The notes under the pieces are model-generated. The model had not been told where the DNA came from. It did not search any database and saw only the letters and a list, made by a program, of their open reading frames with translations. 64,000 bases of DNA. Source: a virus. Position numbers and translations under genes: made by a program. Below, piece after piece: positions 29,239 through 38,710 of this stretch. Positions within the stretch are counted from its first letter, which is position 1. Each line of letters begins with the position of its first letter. The stretch is taken from the IMG/VR virus record IMGVR_UViG_3300005573_000052; one strand, 5' to 3'.

Positions 29239-30063
29239 TTAAATGGAGGAATCTGAAGGGTGGGGTATTGGTCTGGACCTAAGACGAAAACGTCGATTGG
29301 CAACGCTTGATTCTGAACGCCCGAGAAGGGTCGCCGCCTTAGCCACACTATGTGAGCGCACTATCTGGTCTTCGTCGGTCGTCCACGCCTTGGAGGAGAC
29401 CACCACTCGCATTGTGGCGGGTCGAGTCCATGCCATTATTTCCGTAGCCTTCTTGCGTTTGCGCTCAAGAGCCAAACATCCCTCCGAGTAGAGGACATTC
29501 GCGACCTTGACCGCGTCCTCGCAGAAAACAACGATGTTGTAGGCTCGGTCTCGGACGTTACGATTCAGGACTTTGGTCTTCCCTGTCAAACCGTGGAGAA
29601 AGCGTTCGTAAGCCACCGCCATGTCTTCGCTTGTTGTCACCAAGGATAGGTAAGGGATTCCGACAGCGGTAAAACCGAGAGACCCATCTGCGTCAAAAAA
29701 CCCCCTCCAATAATCGGGGGCAGAAAAGGGAACCGTAGGTGGACTAACTGTCAAAGATTTCTTGCCAGCGGGCACTCCAAGTGCTTCGATCTGTTCTCGA
29801 AAGCCCTGACGACACATGCGCCACGTTATGCTGTCGTAAGCCTCGGAAAAATTGGTCGAACGATGACGATAGGTGAGACTACCTTCGGGGAACATCGCAT
29901 GGAATCGGTGAAGGATATCCTCATCTCGAACGTTAAGCTCGATTTCTAGCTTGCCCTTGTTAGGATTGTCCTTCTGCCGGTAGAGGTGTCCGTCTCCTTG
30001 GATGAAGCCGAAAAAATAAGCGTGAGCGGGATTGGTGAGGTCAATGACGTGAGGTGTCTCCAT
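29239..30063 (-). CDS. double-motif LAGLIDADG homing endonuclease, free-standing downstream of rtcB
   Basis: AYFFGFIQGDGHL and YWRGFFDADGSL; AT-richer. Confidence 0.85.
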   Translation of the reverse strand: METPHVIDLTNPAHAYFFGFIQGDGHLYRQKDNPNKGKLEIELNVRDEDILHRFHAMFPEGSLTYRHRSTNFSEAYDSITWRMCRQGFREQIEALGVPAGKKSLTVSPPTVPFSAPDYWRGFFDADGSLGFTAVGIPYLSLVTTSEDMAVAYERFLHGLTGKTKVLNRNVRDRAYNIVVFCEDAVKVANVLYSEGCLALERKRKKATEIMAWTRPATMRVVVSSKAWTTDEDQIVRSHSVAKAATLLGRSESSVANRRFRLRSRPIPHPSDSSI

Positions 30064-30104
30064 AATGGGATAGATACACCACTATGGAGAGGGTTTGTGA
30101 AAAC

Positions 30105-31295
30105 CTAGTCCTTGAATGGGTCATAGTCGCCCTCTCCCGCCATCGCAACTCCCACGGGAGTAAGGATATGCACGATTCGGAGGGTATTGGAGTGTGCAGC
30201 GAGAACATCAGTCAGCCGCTTGTAGCAGTGCGGGGACTCATCCACGCCAGCTCCGCGCAGCTCGACGCCCGCCTTAGTAACCCAATCGGTCATCATTTGC
30301 TGACTGACCTTGCCCTCGGACACTCGGGTCTTGACCCCCTTCTTCCACTTGACCTTGCCAGCCGCCTCGGTGCGCGACATTGCGCGGCCCGCGCCGTGAG
30401 GGGCGGAATAGAGAGACAAACGGGCCTCCTCCGAGTCAACTCCCTCGATGATGACCGAGGGCTCGCCCATAGAAGCTCCCACGAATCCGCGCTGACCCGG
30501 AAAGGCCGGAGTAGCACCCTTGCGCACCACCCATAGCTTCTCTCCGTCGTGCTCCTCCAGCCACGCGAAATTGTGGTGGTTGTGGATGGACTCGACAATG
30601 GGTGCACCGATGAGGCTCGCGACCTTATCGCAAACCCAATCGCGCCCGGCGTAAGCGTAGCGTCCGGCCAGAGTCATGCAGGCAAGGTAGTCCTGACCGA
30701 GCTGGGTATCGGTGCTTAGCACCACAGGGTCAACATTGATGCCGTCTTTGCCTCCGCCCGCCTTGATGAAGTGGGTAGCGAGCTTGTGCCCTAGTCCGCG
30801 CGAACCGAAATGGTTGGCGACCCAGACACGACCCCGCTCGTCATGAGTGATGATAACATGATGATTACCGCCGCCAATGCTGCCCAAGCTGTTGCATGCC
30901 AACGACTTAAGCTCGGCAGCAACAGGAAGTGACCATGCTGGGTCGTCATGGAACAAAGGGTGGTCAACATCCTCATTGGACTTGCGTCCCACGCCGAAAG
31001 AGATATTACGCCACACGTCATCCATGATGGACTTGATGTGAGGACGGACGGCGTCAATGTGGACATCCAACCTGACTGCCTTGTTGCCGCAAGCGATGTC
31101 GAAACCGACAGCGGACGGACTGACAGCACCCCGGTAAGCCAGCACACCACCGATTGGAACAGCATAACCCAAGTGGTGGTCCGCGCAAAGGGCGGCTCGA
31201 CAGGCCCCAACACGCTTGCAGTTGCTCATCTGCTCGACGGCATTGGAAAAGGGGTCGCCCCAAACGGGGATATCGTTGATGACTTGGTAGCTCAT
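30105..31295 (-). CDS. rtcB: RNA-splicing/repair ligase RtcB
   Basis: DHHLGYAVPIGGV, GFDIACG, GGGNH, H.GSRGLGH, HNHHNFA, RKGAT, HGAGR.MSR, DESP..YK. Confidence 0.92.
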   Translation of the reverse strand: MSYQVINDIPVWGDPFSNAVEQMSNCKRVGACRAALCADHHLGYAVPIGGVLAYRGAVSPSAVGFDIACGNKAVRLDVHIDAVRPHIKSIMDDVWRNISFGVGRKSNEDVDHPLFHDDPAWSLPVAAELKSLACNSLGSIGGGNHHVIITHDERGRVWVANHFGSRGLGHKLATHFIKAGGGKDGINVDPVVLSTDTQLGQDYLACMTLAGRYAYAGRDWVCDKVASLIGAPIVESIHNHHNFAWLEEHDGEKLWVVRKGATPAFPGQRGFVGASMGEPSVIIEGVDSEEARLSLYSAPHGAGRAMSRTEAAGKVKWKKGVKTRVSEGKVSQQMMTDWVTKAGVELRGAGVDESPHCYKRLTDVLAAHSNTLRIVHILTPVGVAMAGEGDYDPFKD

Positions 31296-31302
31296 GCCCG
31301 CC

Positions 31303-31332
31303 ATCCTACCCGGTTTACCGTCCCCATGTCAA
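31303..31332 (-). promoter_or_regulatory. sigma70-like promoter, probably leaderless rtcB
   Basis: TTCGCGC-TTGACA-18-TAGGAT-7-ATG. Confidence 0.75.
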
Positions 31333-31344
31333 GCGCGAACTGGC

Positions 31345-31572
31345 CTAACCGCGCGTTTTCTGCCTCATTCGCCTCACCAGCACCAGCAATAGGCACAGTC
31401 CCACCAACGCCACCCCATAGGTGCCCGGTTCTGGCACGACAGGATGAGGATGACCGTGCCCGTGCCCATTGCCGCCATGTCCGTTGTAGAAAGATTCGTT
31501 ATCATAGTTGTCCCATGAGTCGCGAGAAGACGTGGCTAGGTAGGGCTGGAAAGCTGGGATAGAGGAGAGCAT
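31345..31572 (-). CDS. PEP-CTERM-type sorting-signal micro-protein (75 aa)
   Basis: VPEPGTYGVALVGLCLLLVLV followed by RRMRQK; TGATG overlap with the upstream gene. Confidence 0.8.
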   Translation of the reverse strand: MLSSIPAFQPYLATSSRDSWDNYDNESFYNGHGGNGHGHGHPHPVVPEPGTYGVALVGLCLLLVLVRRMRQKTRG

Positions 31573-32516
31573 CAGGAAGAGCCCGGGAATGCAGAATAGG
31601 CATCAAGCACTATGCCGTCTAGCCAGTCTTGGGAAACCCTCTGAGGCAACGAGGAGGCATCGGAAAGCTGTTCAACCCGAGCGATCAACTCATTCAGCCT
31701 GTTATCAAGCTGGTCTGCGAGATAGTCCTTCCGCCCCTCCTTGACGGCCCGGATAAAATCCGACTCAGGCAACGGATACTCGAATCCACCATCCTGATAG
31801 ACGTGCAGAAGCTGGTAACCGACCCGGAACGAATGACTCAGGGCCTTGTAGTCCTTCCCGTCCATGTTCTTGGCGGCGCGGACCCGGTCTCCATAGTTGT
31901 CGCGCAGCTTACAAAGGATGTCAAGAGCATACGCGGGAGTGATGGTGGCGGGGAGCTGCTTGCCAGCCACGTCTAGCACCCGTTTGTCCGCTCCTCGGTC
32001 ATTGACGCTTAGGGTCTTGACAACATGCTCCCCCTCGGTCAAGTCGTCCCAACACTGGGCAAGACGACCGACCCCTTGAGCCTGAGCCATTTCCAACAGC
32101 CCAATAACGCGCTCCACCGCCGCCATCCGGTCAGCGCGCAACGCATATTTCGCAGACTGGCTCTTGGCGTATCCAAGTGAACCAACCATCCGCTTGGTGT
32201 AGAACCGGGAACGCTCGCGCCGCAGGTGCCGATAGACCTCCGAGTCGATAACTACATCCTGATCCGCCGCATGCAACATGGTGATGATGAGGTCCTCCCC
32301 GTTGGCCGCGAGCTTGAGGAACTCTTGAAGGGCGAAAGACTCGTGTTCTACCTTGGCCGCACCTTCGCCGGTCTTCTGTTGGATGTTGCGAGGGGCGCAC
32401 AGAAGCAGGCAGTCTTCGCGGGAGGGCAGAAAAATACCCTTGTAATCCGTGTCGGATTTGGGGTTGTCCAGTCGATAGAGCTTGGACCCGGCGAGAACCT
32501 TGGCTAGTGTGGTCAT
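31572..32516 (-). CDS. Pol-beta superfamily nucleotidyltransferase (RlaP / T4 NrdC.11-like)
   Basis: GS.LY.L....SD.DYKGIF; GYA..QA-like GYAKSQS; K..SH..RV. Confidence 0.8.
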   Translation of the reverse strand: MTTLAKVLAGSKLYRLDNPKSDTDYKGIFLPSREDCLLLCAPRNIQQKTGEGAAKVEHESFALQEFLKLAANGEDLIITMLHAADQDVVIDSEVYRHLRRERSRFYTKRMVGSLGYAKSQSAKYALRADRMAAVERVIGLLEMAQAQGVGRLAQCWDDLTEGEHVVKTLSVNDRGADKRVLDVAGKQLPATITPAYALDILCKLRDNYGDRVRAAKNMDGKDYKALSHSFRVGYQLLHVYQDGGFEYPLPESDFIRAVKEGRKDYLADQLDNRLNELIARVEQLSDASSLPQRVSQDWLDGIVLDAYSAFPGSS

Positions 32517-33892
32517 GGGATGAAGGTTTTGGCGTAGGCAACCGCCTCGTCAAGGGTGGTAATGTCGCCATCCAACTGCTTCTCCAGCGTGGCAGTCAAG
32601 ATGGTCTTGAATAGGATGCTAGGCTGGAGCCCAAGTTCGATCAGGTGACGACCCATGAGAATCGGCACGGGTCCCTCCTTCGCCACGCTCAGGTTAGCGG
32701 CGCGATCCAGCAGCCATTCAGCTTCGGGGGCGATTTGCGGCTTGGGCGGACGACCGCTCTTATCAGCCAGCACAACGCGGGCGAGTCTGTCCAAACGAAC
32801 CCTGCGTGCCAGACGACGCACCGAGCGATTCATCTGCTTAACCGTCTCACCCCGTGTTGCCTCCTTGTAGAGGTGGGTGGGAATCATGTGGGTGGTAACC
32901 AGTGCGACCACGTCATCAATGAAGTCGGTCTGATTGGTCAGACGACCAAGAAACGCGCGGGTGGGTGCCTCGCCTGCTTCCTCGTGGCCGTAGGCGTGAA
33001 TACCGCGTTCATCACGGGTCGTGGTCGTAGCCTTGCCCATGTCATGGCAAAGCACGGCAAAGCCTACTACGAGGTCCTCATAGTCGTCCCCCGTGCGACG
33101 CGCGGCAAAGGCATCCATGCAGTGCTCAACATGTCGATGAACCGGACCCTCGGGATGGTGACCCGCGTCCTGTGGCACGTCAACCAGCGCCGCCAGCTCA
33201 GGAAAATGAGCCAGCCAGCCGGTCCCCCGCAAAAAGTGCAGGCCCAACGACGGCTTAGCACCCTTGAGAATCAGTTTGACCCATTCGTCCCACAGCCGTT
33301 CAGTCGAGAGGTGCTCAGGCGTAAGAGTGCGACACAGGGCGACCGTGTCGGGATGAGCGGTCAAGTTGAACCGGGCACAGAACTGAGCCCCGCGCAGGAC
33401 ACGGAGAGGGTCCTCGGCGAAATGATGCGAGACGTGGCGTAGAGTCTTAGTGCGGATGTCTTCCCTGCCGCTATGCGGGTCCAGCACTTCGCCGGTGAGA
33501 GGGTCAAGGCCGATGGCGTTGATGGTAAAATCTCGCCTTAGAGCGGCGTCGGCGAAGGTCATATTGGGGTCCAAGATGACCTCGAAATCAGTGTGGTTAA
33601 GCCCCATCTTGACCTCGCGCCGGGGTAGAGCTACGTCCACCGCTTCACTTTCACTCCCCTCAAACGGCCAGACCTTCCAGACCGGAAACGAACGACCAAC
33701 CCGGCGAGCTTGGCCGCAGTGAAGCAGAATACCCTCTACCTCGTCAGCAGGGACGCCAAAGACCTCCAAATCGTAATCCTTGGGGTCGAGGCCAAGCAGT
33801 TCATCCCGGACACAACCGCCCACCAACAGTGCGCGGCCACGGGCAGCGCGAACAGTTTCGGCGATGGTGAGGATGATAGGGGGAACGGGCAT
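32513..33892 (-). CDS. cca: class II CCA-adding enzyme / tRNA nucleotidyltransferase with HD domain
   Basis: [47 protein letters not shown]. Confidence 0.88.
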   Translation of the reverse strand: MPVPPIILTIAETVRAARGRALLVGGCVRDELLGLDPKDYDLEVFGVPADEVEGILLHCGQARRVGRSFPVWKVWPFEGSESEAVDVALPRREVKMGLNHTDFEVILDPNMTFADAALRRDFTINAIGLDPLTGEVLDPHSGREDIRTKTLRHVSHHFAEDPLRVLRGAQFCARFNLTAHPDTVALCRTLTPEHLSTERLWDEWVKLILKGAKPSLGLHFLRGTGWLAHFPELAALVDVPQDAGHHPEGPVHRHVEHCMDAFAARRTGDDYEDLVVGFAVLCHDMGKATTTTRDERGIHAYGHEEAGEAPTRAFLGRLTNQTDFIDDVVALVTTHMIPTHLYKEATRGETVKQMNRSVRRLARRVRLDRLARVVLADKSGRPPKPQIAPEAEWLLDRAANLSVAKEGPVPILMGRHLIELGLQPSILFKTILTATLEKQLDGDITTLDEAVAYAKTFIP

Positions 33893-33951
33893 GATGAGGC
33901 GAAGTATGACACAAGTGGGGCGCGGAAGTCAAGACCCAAATGATAGCCGTG

Positions 33952-34593
33952 TCACAAACGATAGAGAACCCGGTCGGTCAGGTTGAAGTGGTAGGCGGGC
34001 AGCGGTTCGGGGTATTGAACTTCCCCTCCAGCGTTAACCATGGGCTCACGCTCCATCAGGGCGCTGCTTCGGGCGAGAAACTTGGCCACGGTATTCGCCG
34101 TCCCCCCATCCTTCAGCCCCGGTTGCCCTGCCTCCCCAAAAGTAAACGCCAGCAATGCCTCCGCCTCATTCGCCACATCACTATTCCGGGCCTTGAAGCC
34201 GCCCGGATTCACCTTGACAATCGCACCCTTGGTCATGGCTTCGGCTAACTGGGCAAGTGAGTCCTGTCCGGTCGCAGCAGAAAACAGGCGATGATAGTAG
34301 CTGGCAGTCCGACCGGGACAGAACTTGTCGAATGACTCAACGAAGCCCTTACCATCCGCGCGGAAAGGGCAGGGGAAGTGAAGACTCAGGTCCTTGACGG
34401 CTCCGGCTAGATAGAGTTGGACTGCGAGGTGGTCCGAGAAAGCCGCTCCCCCGGACACGAGTCGGGTAGGCTGAATCACACAGGTGACCGTCTGAGCAAT
34501 TACACTCATCATGCGCCAATAGGCGGGGTTGGTGCGGAGTTTGTCTCCGTCGCTTCCCCGGCCCGCAGAACCGATAATAGCCAAGGTGCTCAT
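33952..34593 (-). CDS. SLOG-superfamily (DprA/YspA-like) nucleotide-binding protein
   Basis: LAIIGSAGR, LVSGGAAFSDH.A, GF.ARN..VA..A..LLAF. Confidence 0.6.
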   Translation of the reverse strand: MSTLAIIGSAGRGSDGDKLRTNPAYWRMMSVIAQTVTCVIQPTRLVSGGAAFSDHLAVQLYLAGAVKDLSLHFPCPFRADGKGFVESFDKFCPGRTASYYHRLFSAATGQDSLAQLAEAMTKGAIVKVNPGGFKARNSDVANEAEALLAFTFGEAGQPGLKDGGTANTVAKFLARSSALMEREPMVNAGGEVQYPEPLPAYHFNLTDRVLYRL

Positions 34594-35069
34594 ATCGCCC
34601 CTCTCGGCCCCTTAAGTGCCCGTCTCACCCGCGCTATGACATTAGGTGCCCAATACGGGTTGAGAGACTCCAGCCCCTTCGCCCGGGCTTGGGTGACCAA
34701 CCCATCCATCCATTCCTTGTCCAGCCGGTCCAGATGATCCTGATTGTCCAGCACAATCTGGTATCGCGCGACCGGGTTGTCCCGGTAATCCGCTGCGAAC
34801 GCAGTCTTGAACGACGTTATCTGCGGTACGCCGGGGCCAAGGAGATACATGGGGTAATCGGTAAAGCGACAGAAGTATTCAAGGTCGTAATTGCGCCCGC
34901 GCACGGACACGCGCTTGATGCCAAGCTGCTTGGCCATGGCGAAGGCCCGGGCGTCGGTGTCCTTGACCATCTGTTTGCACTCGGCCTTGTGGTCACGCCA
35001 GTAGGACCATGAGACAGTGCAAGTTTCACGGATGACGTGGGGGTAGGGAAGAGAGGGCGTGCAGCTCAT
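34590..35069 (-). CDS. hypothetical protein
   Basis: ATGA overlaps on both sides. Confidence 0.6.
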   Translation of the reverse strand: MSCTPSLPYPHVIRETCTVSWSYWRDHKAECKQMVKDTDARAFAMAKQLGIKRVSVRGRNYDLEYFCRFTDYPMYLLGPGVPQITSFKTAFAADYRDNPVARYQIVLDNQDHLDRLDKEWMDGLVTQARAKGLESLNPYWAPNVIARVRRALKGPRGAI

Positions 35070-36391
35070 AACCCCTTAAACTCCCGGTCCTTATAAGCGG
35101 ACCCACGAGATACAATCCCGATGGGCACACCAAGTTGAGCGGAGATATAAGATGGAACCCATTCCGCCGCAACCATCTCACACCGTCTATTTACGTTGTC
35201 CCTTACCTCACCTAACGCCGCCGTCAGCCGTTCGCGCTTGCTGAAATCACCCGGGTCAACACGACAAGAAAGCAAGTCTGCCCCGGGGTAATCCACGATC
35301 ATCGGCCACGTCGAACGCTTGCTCAACTGGTCCAAATGGGTAAGAGCCAACTGGTGAATGGGTTGACCTACTGCCACCGCATATTTGGCCAACACCGTAT
35401 CAAACCAACCCGCGCGGAATCCATGCTGCCATTCGTTGGTTCCGTTATGGGGTTCGGAGACAAGGGACTTGACAACGGGGTCTTCGCCGGGAAAGGGTCC
35501 GGCCCCATGGCGATGCCCGTAAACCCGCAAAACGCCCACGTTCGTTACATCCGTAACCCCAGCCTGAACTAACATCTCGCCCGCGTTACGATGGGTCACG
35601 CGCGACCAAGTGGTGTGAGGATGAAAGCCATAATCCTCGTCCAGCAACACCCCTTGAGACCCTTCCCAGACAGTGTCTTGGGTTGACACCATATCCATCA
35701 TCTCGTCTTCGCCCACAAGACGAACCTGCTTGGTGAAATTGCCATAACGGAAGACCAAGGTGTCGAGAAGCAGGTCATCAGCGAACAGGTTCATGTCGTC
35801 TTGGGCACCCCTCGCGCCCGCATCCTTGACCCGATCCCAAGCAATTCGAGCCTGAGGAAGCAAATGCTTGCGAAGACGATCCAACCTGTAACCGGTAGAA
35901 TGGCCGTTTTCAAGGTCACCGATGGTTAAGATGTCTTGTCCACCTGCCTCTCTCCGCTCCAACGCATATCTGACCGTCTCCCCTATCCCGACTCCACAAG
36001 ACCCATGCCGGTCCAACCCTCGCGCTCGCTCCTTGAGCCGATTAAGGGCGGCATGATATGGGGTCGTGACCAGAGCATCCTTGTGAATGGTGATGATGGG
36101 AAGGTGACCGATCACCTTGGGAACGAGAACCTCTTGCTCGCGCATTAGACGCAGAGGGTCAACCAAAACGTGCTGAGTCAACAGAGTTGCTGCTCCGGCC
36201 AAAGACCCACTTCCCCATTGGGCGAAGGTGTGATGGATACCGGCATCGGTTATGACGTTGTGGGCGCACTGGCACCCACCAGAAAATCGAACGACCAGCT
36301 TGATTCCGTGATGGCGCACCAAAGCGTCCACCGTAGCGCCCTTGGCCTCGTCACCAAAGTGTAGTCCTGTGACAGTGAAAGCCTTGGGCAT
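35066..36391 (-). CDS. adenylosuccinate-synthetase-like ligase (divergent PurA; not PurZ)
   Basis: FGDEAKG, GG.Q.AHNV, GSCGVGIG, EGSQG.LLD...GFHP.TT.S, R.G.GPFP.E, R.GWFD, THLD. Confidence 0.85.
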   Translation of the reverse strand: MPKAFTVTGLHFGDEAKGATVDALVRHHGIKLVVRFSGGCQCAHNVITDAGIHHTFAQWGSGSLAGAATLLTQHVLVDPLRLMREQEVLVPKVIGHLPIITIHKDALVTTPYHAALNRLKERARGLDRHGSCGVGIGETVRYALERREAGGQDILTIGDLENGHSTGYRLDRLRKHLLPQARIAWDRVKDAGARGAQDDMNLFADDLLLDTLVFRYGNFTKQVRLVGEDEMMDMVSTQDTVWEGSQGVLLDEDYGFHPHTTWSRVTHRNAGEMLVQAGVTDVTNVGVLRVYGHRHGAGPFPGEDPVVKSLVSEPHNGTNEWQHGFRAGWFDTVLAKYAVAVGQPIHQLALTHLDQLSKRSTWPMIVDYPGADLLSCRVDPGDFSKRERLTAALGEVRDNVNRRCEMVAAEWVPSYISAQLGVPIGIVSRGSAYKDREFKGL

Positions 36392-36437
36392 GGGTTGGAA
36401 TCAAGCTGGTCGGTTAGGACAGGAACTGCAACTTGGC

Positions 36438-37460
36438 TTAGAGCCTCGTCACGGTGTCAGAACCCCCAACCATCAAAGCTCCCTCTACTGTCGCTGCTTT
36501 CTTGGCCAAGGAGGACGAAGCCGAGTAAACAGCGATTGCTCCCGTCGCCCGCTTGGCGGCTGAGGCGCTGAGACCCGAGTCAACAAGGTCGGTGACAATG
36601 TCCTTAGGGTTGAACCCTTGACTGACACCGATGGCGGCAGCAATGACCTCGGCGATTTCCTCGATCTTCTCCAGCCGGACGAAGTTTTGGCCAAAGGTGG
36701 CTTCCAACGGTTCGGCGGTAATGGTCTCAGTATAGTAAGAGGAGCAGTTGGGGAACAGCCAGATGACCTCGTAGTGTTCGCGCAGTTCCTCCAAGATGGT
36801 TGAAGTCGGAATGTCGGCCTCAAGCGTGTCGCCGATGAGGCGTTCAACTGCCCCCCGACTCACCTTGGCCCGGAACATCTCGTCGCCCACGATGAACAAG
36901 TAGCCCTTCTGACCCCGCTTTTCCCAGCAGTCAGCAGACGTGTGGCGAGCCATGAAATACATGGCAAGTTCGTAGGACTCGTAGTGTTGGCCTCCGCCAC
37001 CGCCCTCCACATAGACCTTACTCAACGCCTGATCCATCTCATTGCCAGACTCGAACTGGCCGATTTGGAGGGGAACGCGGTCGCTCGTTTCGTCGCCGAT
37101 GGCACCGAAGAGGAGCTGGGGGTCGGCAAGGTAGCCCTTCTTGACGATGAGGCTCATGAGGGGACCGAGTTTCTCGATGAAAACGCGAGGGCCTCGGCCA
37201 ACACTGCCTGTAATGTCGAACAAAACCGCGATGGCTACTGAGTTTGGATGGGCGTCGCTGTCACGCGATTCACGCATGACCTTACCCGCGTAGGGGCTGG
37301 TGGGGCCAGCGACCAACTTGGGGTCAAGGGTGGGGTGAACGGCTACTGGTGCGGTTCCTGCCCTGATGTCTGCATCATAAGCAAACGAGGAACCTCCAGC
37401 GGCAGCCGTAGCCCCAATGGTGGAGTCAAAAACGCTCCGTGAATAGGTTGATCCGCCCAT
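36438..37460 (-). CDS. von Willebrand factor A domain protein
   Basis: MIDAS-like DITGS, GAIGD, EGGGGG..ESY, F.VGDE. Confidence 0.8.
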   Translation of the reverse strand: MGGSTYSRSVFDSTIGATAAAGGSSFAYDADIRAGTAPVAVHPTLDPKLVAGPTSPYAGKVMRESRDSDAHPNSVAIAVLFDITGSVGRGPRVFIEKLGPLMSLIVKKGYLADPQLLFGAIGDETSDRVPLQIGQFESGNEMDQALSKVYVEGGGGGQHYESYELAMYFMARHTSADCWEKRGQKGYLFIVGDEMFRAKVSRGAVERLIGDTLEADIPTSTILEELREHYEVIWLFPNCSSYYTETITAEPLEATFGQNFVRLEKIEEIAEVIAAAIGVSQGFNPKDIVTDLVDSGLSASAAKRATGAIAVYSASSSLAKKAATVEGALMVGGSDTVTRL

Positions 37461-37462
37461 GG

Positions 37463-37600
37463 TCAGTTGGTTACCGAAGTCGAAGCAACGGCAGGCTGAG
37501 GGTTAATGGTTGCTGTGGTGGGAACAGTCTCGGCGGGAGCTGAGACCGGAATGCTCGGAACGGACGCCGAAGCTTCGTCATCGTATGATGGTTGACCCAT
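37463..37600 (-). CDS. Ser/Thr/Pro-rich micro-protein (45 aa, not in ORF track)
   Basis: MGQPSYDDEASASVPSIPVSAPAETVPTTATINPQPAVASTSVTN fills the kinase-vWA gap. Confidence 0.5.
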   Translation of the reverse strand: MGQPSYDDEASASVPSIPVSAPAETVPTTATINPQPAVASTSVTN

Positions 37601-37639
37601 GGTGATGATGGATTGGGGGTTAACGGTTGATGGCAAAAA

Positions 37640-38710
37640 TTAGGAAGAGGCAGAAGGAAGAGAGAAAGGACGAAAAGCACTGGACCATCCCAAAGCCTTG
37701 CGAACGTCCTTGAACTCGGCGTGAAGCTGACGGGCGGAATGGGACCGATGGGCCTGCCCCAACCAGCACGACTTCATTAATCCGGCCAGTGCCAGCGGGA
37801 CGCCGTTGGGGACGGTGGACAGGGAAGACGGAGACGCTCCAAGGAGGTAATTCATGCAATATCCCACCATACAGATGTCACTGGAAAAGTCAAGCGGTTT
37901 TTTTGCCAATACCTCGGGTGGGTAGAACCCATTCCACGCTAGATTGATGGCCTTGGCCGTCTGCCCGGTCTTGCGCGCACAGCAGAAGTCAATAAGGACG
38001 CCTTGATGCGTGTCTGGCACGATTAAGAAATTGTCGGGCGTGAGGTTGGCATGAACGATGCCTTGAATATGGAGCAAGTGCAGGGCTTCCAACATCCGAT
38101 TCCACATCCATGCCGCGTCCTTGGGGTCAAGACCCTTGGGATAGGCGTTACGAACCTCGGCCAGTGACACCGCCCCAGTCATGAAAGAAAACACGTTGGT
38201 TCGGACTTTGATCCTGCCGTTCTGGGTCTCGAAGGAGTCGAGGAGGTTGGAAAAATAAGCACAGTGCTTGGGGTCCAACGTCGCGGGCAACTTGGCCAGC
38301 AGATCAGCCTCCGCCTTCATCAAGTCGTTATTGGCGGGAGAGCGACACACCTTGACCACCACGGGAACCCCTTTGTCGCTCACTCCCTCATACAGACAGG
38401 CTATATCCTGCTCTTTCAGCAGGTTTGTCAGGTCATATACTGCCGTTTTGGTGCGGAGGGTGGCAAAGATGGCGGGGCGGTTGTCTCCATAGGTGCCTCG
38501 CGCAACCTTGGCCTCAGCCTGTTCACGCCATTTGGTCAATAGGAGGAAGGCTTCGTGGGCGGCAGGCTTGTCGGCGACAGGAACAAGGTCTTCGTGAACC
38601 AGTTTGGCCCATTCCCGGTAAGAAGACTCAATGGCGGACTGGTCGGGGCCGAAGATGGCCTCGGGCCAACGAGCGGATTTAAGAGTGGATAGGGCGATAG
38701 AGAGAGTCAT
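37640..38710 (-). CDS. protein-kinase-fold protein with J-domain-like N-terminus, probable pseudokinase
   Basis: VVVK...E present; catalytic loop HANLTPDN instead of HRDLKPEN; DFC instead of DFG; LAKLVHPD-like WAKLVHED. Confidence 0.75.
   Translation of the reverse strand: MTLSIALSTLKSARWPEAIFGPDQSAIESSYREWAKLVHEDLVPVADKPAAHEAFLLLTKWREQAEAKVARGTYGDNRPAIFATLRTKTAVYDLTNLLKEQDIACLYEGVSDKGVPVVVKVCRSPANNDLMKAEADLLAKLPATLDPKHCAYFSNLLDSFETQNGRIKVRTNVFSFMTGAVSLAEVRNAYPKGLDPKDAAWMWNRMLEALHLLHIQGIVHANLTPDNFLIVPDTHQGVLIDFCCARKTGQTAKAINLAWNGFYPPEVLAKKPLDFSSDICMVGYCMNYLLGASPSSLSTVPNGVPLALAGLMKSCWLGQAHRSHSARQLHAEFKDVRKALGWSSAFRPFSLPSASS

Noticed and set aside
35066-36391. PurZ / 2-aminoadenine (Z-genome) pathway
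   Set aside because: The enzyme keeps the PurA-type Asp (GDEAKG) rather than the PurZ Ser (GSTGKG). I recognise no MazZ, DatZ or DpoZ, and an adenine methyltransferase is present.
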